A DNA stretch of 47,454 nucleotides from PVC group bacterium (GTDB lineage Bacteria; Auribacterota; Erginobacteria; Erginobacterales; Erginobacteraceae). The position numbers and the translations under genes are program-made. Where the stretch lies: positions 1-47,454 of the forward strand of contig JAZDIV010000087.1 of the NCBI GenBank assembly GCA_043804695.1, written 5' to 3'. The notes beneath the pieces were generated by a model. It was not told where the DNA came from. It ran no database searches and worked only from the letters and a program-made list of their open reading frames with translations. Below, piece by piece: positions 38,379 through 45,079 of the stretch. The number at the start of each line of letters is the position of its first letter. Position 1 is the stretch's first letter.

Positions 38379-38969
38379 CTAATCCGCAAGAGAGCGACGG
38401 GTATTCGAATCCCGGCAAGCGCTCAGGGTCGCGGCCAGGTAGGCGATCCCCGAGAATACGGTCACCAGAGCGGTCGCATAGATCGCGACCCGGGTCGCGG
38501 CGAGCGGCGGGTGGTGAGGGTGGAGGAGAATCCAGATTACGGTGGCCATCAGCAGAACGGCCGAGATTTTCCCCCAGAGGTTGGGCCGGATCTGAATTTC
38601 TCCCCGGGACCACCTCGGGAAAAGAGAGATCGAGAGAGCGAGCAGGATAAGATCCCGGATGATGACAACCAGGATAAACCAGCCGGGCAGCCGGAAGAGA
38701 TCCCCCACCCCGCCGGCCAAAATAATGATCGCGCTGTTCAGGAGAACTTTGTCGGCCAGCGGGTCGAGCAGCGATCCCAGGCGGGTCCGCTGGTTCCGCG
38801 ATCGGGCCAGGTAGCCGTCGACCCCATCGCTGAGCGCGGCGAGAGTGAAGATGATCAGGGCGATTGCGTAGTACGTCTCACGGCCGGTATGCCCGTAGAG
38901 AAGGAGTGCCCCGACAAAGAAAGGGCAGGCCGCCATCCGCCCGATGGTTATCTTATTTGGTAAATTCAT
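38379..38969 (-). CDS. pgsA: CDP-alcohol phosphatidyltransferase (PgsA-like)
   Basis: MNLPNKITIGR and SDGVDGYLAR...GSLLDPLADK; the ATG at 38969 overlaps the gltX stop. Confidence 0.88.
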   Translation of the reverse strand: MNLPNKITIGRMAACPFFVGALLLYGHTGRETYYAIALIIFTLAALSDGVDGYLARSRNQRTRLGSLLDPLADKVLLNSAIIILAGGVGDLFRLPGWFILVVIIRDLILLALSISLFPRWSRGEIQIRPNLWGKISAVLLMATVIWILLHPHHPPLAATRVAIYATALVTVFSGIAYLAATLSACRDSNTRRSLAD

Positions 38970-40327
38970 CAGGCTTCTGATACTTTTTCGCGATCTGTCT
39001 CCAAGGCCGGCCCCAGATACGCGATCGCTCTGTCTAACCGCTTCAGTACCGTTTCCCGGCCCAGCAGGAGCAGGATCTCGAAGATCCCCGGGCTGTCCTT
39101 CCGTCCGGTCACCGCCACCCGGAGAGGGTGGATCAATGTCCCCGTTTTGATCCCCTGCCGGGAGATGAGTCCCCGGAGGGATTTTTCCAGTTCTTCCGCG
39201 GTAAAGGGGTCGGCCGCGGCAATCTCTTTTCTGACTTCCTCCAGGAGCTCGCGAACGCCCTCCCCCGGCCAATATTCGGCCACCGCCTCCGGGTCGTAGG
39301 TAATCTCGTGAACGATGAAGTAATCCGCCAGGTGAAAAAAATCCTGCAGGTTCTTCAGCCGGTGTCCGAGGAGCCGGGCAATTGTCTCCAGTCTTTCCCG
39401 GGGGACCTCTTCCCACCCGGTCCCCGGCAGGAGGGGAATGATCCGCTCGACCAGTTCACCGGGCGGCATCTTCTGAAGATACTGCCCGTTCATCCAGAGG
39501 AGTTTCTGATAATCGAAGACCGCGCCCTTGCGGCTGACCTTTTCCAGGGAAAATTCTTTCCGGAGCTCCGCCCCGCTCAGCAGTTCGCGGTCATCGCCCG
39601 GCGACCAGCCGAGCAGAGCCAGGTAGTTGATGAGGGCCTCCGGGAGGATCCCCCCCTCGCGGAACGCCCGGAGGCTCGTGGCGCCGTGCCGCTTGCTGAG
39701 GGGGGTTTTATCGGTCCCCAGGATCAGGGGGAGATGAGCGAAGGTGGGCGGGCGCCAGCCGAGCGCCCGGTACAGAATGAGTTGCTTTGGCGTGTTGGGG
39801 ATATGATCGTCGCCCCGGATGACATGGGTTATTCCCAAATCATGATCGTCGGCCACGCAGGCGAAATTATAGGCCGGGGAACCGTCCGACTTGATCAGCA
39901 CGATGTCTTTCAGTTCGGTCCCGGCAACGGCGATCGGGCCGTAGACCAGATCTTGAAAAGCGATCTCGCCCGGGTCGACCCGGAGGATAATCGCCGTTTC
40001 CCCCGCCGGGTCCGGCTCGCTCCGGTAGGCCTTCCCCTCCTGGAGCAGCCGTTCGGCGGGGCCGCGGTAAAGATCGAACCGCCCGGATTGGAAGATCGGT
40101 CCTTCGTCCCAGTCCAACCCCAGCCAGCGGAGCTCGGCGATGATCTCGTCGCTCAACTCCTCCCGCGACCGCTTCCGATCGGTATCCTCGATCCGGAGGA
40201 TGAAGGTCCCTCCCCTCCCCCGCGCGAAGAGCCAGTTAAAGAGGGCGGTCCGCACCCCCCCGACGTGAAGGGAGCCGGTGGGGCTGGGGGCGAAGCGGAC
40301 CCGGGGTGGTGTGTCAGAAGCGGTCAT
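38969..40327 (-). CDS. gltX: Glutamate--tRNA ligase
   Basis: RVRFAPSPTGSLHVGG, LRIEDTD, THVIRGDDH, LSKRHG and a C-terminal anticodon-binding domain (PLRVAVTG...SPGIF); start moved to the ATG at 40327. Confidence 0.93.
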   Translation of the reverse strand: MTASDTPPRVRFAPSPTGSLHVGGVRTALFNWLFARGRGGTFILRIEDTDRKRSREELSDEIIAELRWLGLDWDEGPIFQSGRFDLYRGPAERLLQEGKAYRSEPDPAGETAIILRVDPGEIAFQDLVYGPIAVAGTELKDIVLIKSDGSPAYNFACVADDHDLGITHVIRGDDHIPNTPKQLILYRALGWRPPTFAHLPLILGTDKTPLSKRHGATSLRAFREGGILPEALINYLALLGWSPGDDRELLSGAELRKEFSLEKVSRKGAVFDYQKLLWMNGQYLQKMPPGELVERIIPLLPGTGWEEVPRERLETIARLLGHRLKNLQDFFHLADYFIVHEITYDPEAVAEYWPGEGVRELLEEVRKEIAAADPFTAEELEKSLRGLISRQGIKTGTLIHPLRVAVTGRKDSPGIFEILLLLGRETVLKRLDRAIAYLGPALETDREKVSEA

Positions 40328-40898
40328 AACCGTCTTGAATCGCCGCCAGGTTGATTGCCAGAAGGTCACGGTGGCCGGGGGGACAAAAATCCTCCAGGGC
40401 CGTCCGGATCGCGGCCAGGGTGAGAAGAAGCGAGTGCCGGACATAAGCGCCCAGCATGGCCATGTTGGCGGCCTTGATATTTCCGTGTTCCTCGGCGATC
40501 CGGTTGGCGGGGACGCGCAACTCGACGACGTCTTCCCGCCCGGAGGTCTCCTCGACCAGCGAGCTGTTGACAATCAACAGGCCGCCCGGTCGCACCCGGC
40601 CGGCGAACTTGGCCAGCGAGGGGCTGTTCATGACCAGGCAGGCATCGGGCCGGACGATGATCGGCGTGGATATCTCCTCTTGAGAAATGATCACGTGACA
40701 GTGAGCGGTTCCGCCCCGGACCTCGGCGCCGTAGGAAGGGATATAGGTGACCCGCCGGTCGAGCAGCAGTCCCGCCCGGACGGCCATCTTCCCCGCCAGC
40801 ATGATCCCCTGGCCGCCGAAGCCGGCCATGATGATTCTCTCCGTTGCCGGTTCAGCCGGCCCGGCGGCCGCCGGGCGGAACCGTCCATTATTATTCAT
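40314..40898 (-). CDS. 2-oxoacid:ferredoxin oxidoreductase gamma subunit
   Basis: AGFGGQG, SYGAEVRGG and ANMAMLGA. Confidence 0.92.
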   Translation of the reverse strand: MNNNGRFRPAAAGPAEPATERIIMAGFGGQGIMLAGKMAVRAGLLLDRRVTYIPSYGAEVRGGTAHCHVIISQEEISTPIIVRPDACLVMNSPSLAKFAGRVRPGGLLIVNSSLVEETSGREDVVELRVPANRIAEEHGNIKAANMAMLGAYVRHSLLLTLAAIRTALEDFCPPGHRDLLAINLAAIQDGYDRF

Positions 40899-41640
40899 CT
40901 TTGATCACTCCCAGTGGAAAATGGGGGATGACTTTTTCGCTGATCCGCCGGAGAGATTCCCGGGGTGAAGTCCTCCAGTAGATGGGACAGGGGGAGAGCG
41001 CCTCCACCAGGGAGAAGCGCCGGCCTTCGATCTGGTTTTGAAATGCTTTCATGATATACGCTTTCAATTCAATGATATGGCGGGGAGTGTCGAGAGCCCC
41101 CCGGGCGATAAAAGCGGTCCCGTCGAGGGGAGCCAGCATCTCGCAGACCTTCAGGGGAGGACCGGTCTCCTCGAAACTCCTCCCGTCGGGGGTGGTGGCG
41201 GTCTTCTGATTGATCAGAGTGGTGGGCGCCATCTGCCCCCCGGTCATCCCGTAGATCCCGTTATTGACGAAAACAACGGTTATCTTTTCTCCCCGGTTGG
41301 CGGCGTGAATGATCTCGGCGGTCCCGATCGCGGCCAGGTCCCCGTCCCCCTGATAGGTGAAGACGATCAGGTCGGGGCGGACCCGTTTCAGCCCGGTCGC
41401 CACCGCCGGAGGCCGTCCGTGGGCAGCCTCGGTGACGTCGAAGTTGAAGTAGTCATAGGCCAGGACCGCGCAGCCGACCGGGGCGATCCCGACCGTCCGT
41501 TCCCGGATCCCCAGTTCATCAATTACCTCGGCGATCAGGCGGTGGACCGTCCCGTGTCCGCACCCGGGGCAGAAATGGGTGGGGACGTCCTGAAGGCTTT
41601 CCGGGCGGCAATAGATCGTTTTCTGACCGGTCTTTTTCAT
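40891..41640 (-). CDS. 2-oxoacid:ferredoxin oxidoreductase beta subunit (TPP-binding)
   Basis: FCPGCGHG, GC, HGR, QGDGD...NNGIYGMTGGQ and SPCP. Confidence 0.93.
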   Translation of the reverse strand: MKKTGQKTIYCRPESLQDVPTHFCPGCGHGTVHRLIAEVIDELGIRERTVGIAPVGCAVLAYDYFNFDVTEAAHGRPPAVATGLKRVRPDLIVFTYQGDGDLAAIGTAEIIHAANRGEKITVVFVNNGIYGMTGGQMAPTTLINQKTATTPDGRSFEETGPPLKVCEMLAPLDGTAFIARGALDTPRHIIELKAYIMKAFQNQIEGRRFSLVEALSPCPIYWRTSPRESLRRISEKVIPHFPLGVIKDE

Positions 41641-42707
41641 CGGGGGATATGGGATCGAGCGGCCTCCATGATCTCTTCGCCGGTCAGGATCTCCCCGCCG
41701 CCATGCCCGAAGAAGCCGACCGGCCGGTTGCCGTTCACCGCCAGCCGGACATCCTCCACCATCTGGCCGTAGCTCATCTCCACGGCCAGAAACGCCCCCG
41801 CCCGGCGGCTCAGTTCCCGAATCTCCTTCGAGGGGAAGGGCCAGAGCGTGATCGGGCGGAACAGCCCGACCGGCCGGCCTTCACTTCTCAATCGCCGGAC
41901 CGCTTCCCGGCAAAGCCGGGCGGTGATCCCGTAGGCGACCAGGATCAGGGCCGCGTCCTCGACCATGAACTCCTCGGACCGGACTTCCGTCCCGGCGATA
42001 ATCCGGTATCTCTCCTGGAGTTTCCGGTTATGGGCGTCGAGTTCCCCGGGGCCGAGAAAAAGCGATTTGATTGTTCGGGGGGGACGCCCCTTCGCCCCGG
42101 TAAGAATCCAATCTTTCGGCGGGAGATCGGCCGGTTCGGGATGGGAGATCACCACCGGCTCCATCATCTGCCCGAGCACGCCGTCGCCGAGCAGGAGCAC
42201 CGGAGTCCGGTAACGATCGGCCAGATCGAAGGCCAGGTAGGTCAGATCGGCCAGTTCCTGGACGGAAGCCCCGGCCAGGACCGGGGTCCGGTAACCGCCG
42301 TGGCCGCCGCCCCGGGTGGCCTGGAAGTAATCCGACTGGGCGGGGCCGATGTTCCCCAGGCCGGGGCCGCCCCGCGACATATTGACGATCACCGCCGGCA
42401 GCTCGCAGCCCGCCAGGTAGGATATGCCCTCCTGCTTGAGGCTGATCCCGGGGCTGGAGGAAGAAGTCATCGCTCTCACCCCGGCGGCCGACGCGCCGAA
42501 GACCATGCTGATCGCGGCCAGCTCGCTCTCGGACTGGATGAAGACCCGTCCCTCCTCCGGCATCCGGGCCGCCATATAGGCGGTCAGCTCATTCTGAGGG
42601 GTAATCGGATAGCCGAAATACGCGCCGCAGCCGGACTGGACCGCCGCTTCCCCGATCGCCTCGTTGCCGCAGATCAGAATTGGTTCAGATTTTGTTTCAG
42701 TTTGCAC
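41637..42707 (-). CDS. vorB: 2-oxoacid:ferredoxin oxidoreductase alpha subunit (VorB-like)
   Basis: GNEAIG, GYPITPQ, QSESE, TSSSSPGISLKQE and RGGPGLG. Confidence 0.88.
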   Translation of the reverse strand: MQTETKSEPILICGNEAIGEAAVQSGCGAYFGYPITPQNELTAYMAARMPEEGRVFIQSESELAAISMVFGASAAGVRAMTSSSSPGISLKQEGISYLAGCELPAVIVNMSRGGPGLGNIGPAQSDYFQATRGGGHGGYRTPVLAGASVQELADLTYLAFDLADRYRTPVLLLGDGVLGQMMEPVVISHPEPADLPPKDWILTGAKGRPPRTIKSLFLGPGELDAHNRKLQERYRIIAGTEVRSEEFMVEDAALILVAYGITARLCREAVRRLRSEGRPVGLFRPITLWPFPSKEIRELSRRAGAFLAVEMSYGQMVEDVRLAVNGNRPVGFFGHGGGEILTGEEIMEAARSHIPR

Positions 42708-42733
42708 GATTCAATCCATAAAATTATCCAAAA

Positions 42734-42943
42734 CTACCTATCATTATAGAGAGTTATCGCCACATCCGGGCAGACGGTAACGCAGAGCCGGCAGCCGGAG
42801 CATTGATCGGAAGCGGCGCAGAAGACCGGATAAACGCCCCTCTCGTTCATTCGATCATTGACCGAGATCAGGTGCTTCGGACAGACATCCACGCAGTAGC
42901 CGCATCCCTTGCAGCGGGCTTGATTTATCACTATCTGCGGCAT
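42734..42943 (-). CDS. 2x[4Fe-4S] ferredoxin (oxidoreductase delta subunit)
   Basis: CKGCGYCVDVCP and CSGCRLCVTVCP. Confidence 0.92.
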   Translation of the reverse strand: MPQIVINQARCKGCGYCVDVCPKHLISVNDRMNERGVYPVFCAASDQCSGCRLCVTVCPDVAITLYNDR

Positions 42944-42958
42944 CAGCAATCAGCTCAC

Positions 42959-43030
42959 GTAGGGCGATCACGAGGATCGCCCCTACAATCCTGTTTCACC
43001 GGCATCCGGGCGATCACGAGGATCGCCCCG
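42959..43030. repeat. Pair of GTAG-type REP-like palindromes
   Basis: GTAGGGCGATC-ACGAG-GATCGCCCCTAC at 42959-42986; second copy at 43007-43030. Confidence 0.8.
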
Positions 43031-43082
43031 ACGTTGATTGATTATCCGTGAAACTGTAGTCCATCCGCGCGGATGATTTCAA

Positions 43083-43970
43083 CTATTTCTTCCGCGGCCC
43101 GCGGCGGTAATGCGACCGGCCGCCCCAGTTCAGCTTGCTGCGCAGGATCGCGTAGTAGCTTGATCCGGGGGCGGTCAGGAGGTGCAGCCGGCTTTTTCCC
43201 CGCCGGACAATGACTTCATCGCCCTTCTGAAGGGGGAAGCCGACCTGGCCGTCAACGGTTAGAACGGTGCCCGGCGGATGAGAGATCAGTTTGATTCTGA
43301 TTTCCCTGTCCCCCCCGAGAATGATCGGCCGGTTGGTCAGCGTATGCGAGCAGATCGGGTTCAGGAGAAAAGCATCGGTCTCCGGACTGATGATCGGCCC
43401 CTGGGCCGAGAGGGAATAAGCGGTGGAACCGGTCGGCGTGGCCAGGATAATTCCATCGGCCATGTAAGCGGTCAGGTAATCGCTATCGACAAACGTTTCC
43501 AGGTGGATCACCCGGGCTAGGCCCCCTTTCCCGATCACGATTTCATTGAGAGCGGTGAAGAACTCGACCTCCGCCCCGTTTCGCCGGCAGCAGCCGTCCA
43601 GGGTGTTTCTCTGTTCCACCTTCAGTTTGCCGAGGAGCAGATTCTCCAGCGCCGGTTCGGCGGCGTCGAGACGCACCTCGGTCAGGAATCCCAGTCCTCC
43701 CAGATTGATGCCGAGGAGGGGGATCTCTTTGCGGTCCAGCTGCCGGAAAGTCCGGATCATGGTTCCGTCGCCGCCCAGGACGACGAGGGCGTCGATCTCC
43801 TCGTTGACGGCTTCCAGGGAGAACGAGGTTCCCCCGTGCGGGAGGGCGGCGGCCAGGGCGGTCTCGAAAAAGACCCCCCCTCCCCGTTCCCGGATGCCGC
43901 GGGCGATTCTCTCCGCCTGACTGAGGGCGTTCTTCTTGTTCAGGTTGGCAACGATTCCAATCGTTTTCAT
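43083..43970 (-). CDS. nadK: NAD kinase
   Basis: LGGDGT, GINLGGLGFL, LNE and ADG...ATPTGSTAYSLSA. Confidence 0.96.
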   Translation of the reverse strand: MKTIGIVANLNKKNALSQAERIARGIRERGGGVFFETALAAALPHGGTSFSLEAVNEEIDALVVLGGDGTMIRTFRQLDRKEIPLLGINLGGLGFLTEVRLDAAEPALENLLLGKLKVEQRNTLDGCCRRNGAEVEFFTALNEIVIGKGGLARVIHLETFVDSDYLTAYMADGIILATPTGSTAYSLSAQGPIISPETDAFLLNPICSHTLTNRPIILGGDREIRIKLISHPPGTVLTVDGQVGFPLQKGDEVIVRRGKSRLHLLTAPGSSYYAILRSKLNWGGRSHYRRGPRKK

Positions 43971-43971
43971 T

Positions 43972-44090
43972 ATATAAATTAGCGCCTTCGGCGCTAATTT
44001 ACAATGGACCCGACTTCGTCGGGTCTGTTGGTTAACGATACTATTATCATCGAGGCAACACTCTAATAAAGCCTTATAATCTCAGCCAAC
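43972..44090 (-). promoter_or_regulatory. Repeated promoter/leader element, copy 6; abuts the nadK ATG, homology extends to ~44121
   Basis: Reverse complement reads TTGGCT-N18-TAGAGT, gcctcg, aaccaacag, hairpin acccgac-gaa-gtcgggt, hairpin tagcgcc-gaa-ggcgcta, tttatata-ATG. Confidence 0.7.
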
Positions 44091-44341
44091 GTTTTACCTC
44101 TGAAGCATGGGGTATCTGTAGACTGAAATCTGCATAGTGTTTATTGTGCGCCAGAGGCGCATCAGCCTCTGGCTGAAAATTCCGAAACAGGAAATTAGCT
44201 CGCGTAGTTTACCCCAATTCATCGGGGCTCGCAAATTTATATGTTATTATATTTTGCGATGATGAACAGGGATTGATAATGGTTGTAGAATCAGTTTGGG
44301 TAATTATTATCGCCCCGATATGTTGATTCAATTCAATTTTT

Positions 44342-45079
44342 TTATTTTGCTCCGGCACGGAGCAAAATAAAAAATTCCTTGTTGCCGGCGGGGCCGGTCA
44401 GGACCGATTCGGAGACACCCTCCACCAGCAAACCCCGGCTCAGAGAAAAGTGTCTTATTTCTTCGATTACTCTCTGGTGGGCGGCACTGTCCCGGACCAC
44501 CCCTCCCCGTTTGATTTCGGCCCGGCCCGCTTCAAACTGGGGCTTGATCAGCGCCAGAATAAGGCCGTCCCCGGCCAGAAGGTTCGCCAGCGCCGGCAGC
44601 ACCTTCTGCAAAGAGATAAAAGAGACATCGACGGTGATGATGTCAGGTGTCTCGGGCAGATCGTTTCCGGTCAGATACCGGGCATTGCACCCTTCCCTGA
44701 CCACCACCCGGGGGTCCTGCCTGAGTTTCCAGGCCAGCTGCCCTTTCCCAACATCGAGGCAGTACACCCGCCGGGCCCCCTCCTGGAGGAGGCAGTCGGC
44801 GAATCCTCCGGTTGAAGACCCCACGTCCAGGACCACCCGGTCCGCCACTTTCAGATCGAAGGCGTCGAGAGCCCCTTTCAGCTTGTCCCCGCCTCTCCCC
44901 ACGTAACGGGGCGGGCTCTCGACCCGGATGGCGGCGTCGGCGGGGAACCGCCGTCCCGGCTTGTCGGCCCGCTGCCCGTCGACGAAGACCCGCCCCGCCC
45001 GGATGACCCGTTGGGCCTGTTCCCGGCTCGGGAGGGCCCCCCGTTCAACCAGGAGCAGATCCAGTCTTGTTTTTATCAT
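44342..45079 (-). CDS. tlyA: TlyA-family rRNA 2'-O-methyltransferase
   Basis: S4 domain RLDLLLVERG, YVGRGGDKL, DVGSSTGGF, DVSFISL, LIKPQFE and GNKEF; the ATG at 45079 overlaps the dxs stop. Confidence 0.93.
   Translation of the reverse strand: MIKTRLDLLLVERGALPSREQAQRVIRAGRVFVDGQRADKPGRRFPADAAIRVESPPRYVGRGGDKLKGALDAFDLKVADRVVLDVGSSTGGFADCLLQEGARRVYCLDVGKGQLAWKLRQDPRVVVREGCNARYLTGNDLPETPDIITVDVSFISLQKVLPALANLLAGDGLILALIKPQFEAGRAEIKRGGVVRDSAAHQRVIEEIRHFSLSRGLLVEGVSESVLTGPAGNKEFFILLRAGAK

Noticed and set aside
38970..39416. Long N-terminal extensions given by the ORF track for pgsA (also gltX, tlyA, dxs, nitroreductase)
   Set aside because: They overlap upstream genes or repeats; downstream starts give canonical N-termini and stop/start coupling.
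6761..44090. CRISPR array or known riboswitch interpretation of the repeats
   Set aside because: Copies are dispersed, with no repeat-spacer periodicity and no cas genes. I could not match them to c-di-GMP, c-di-AMP, SAM, TPP or T-box consensus by eye.
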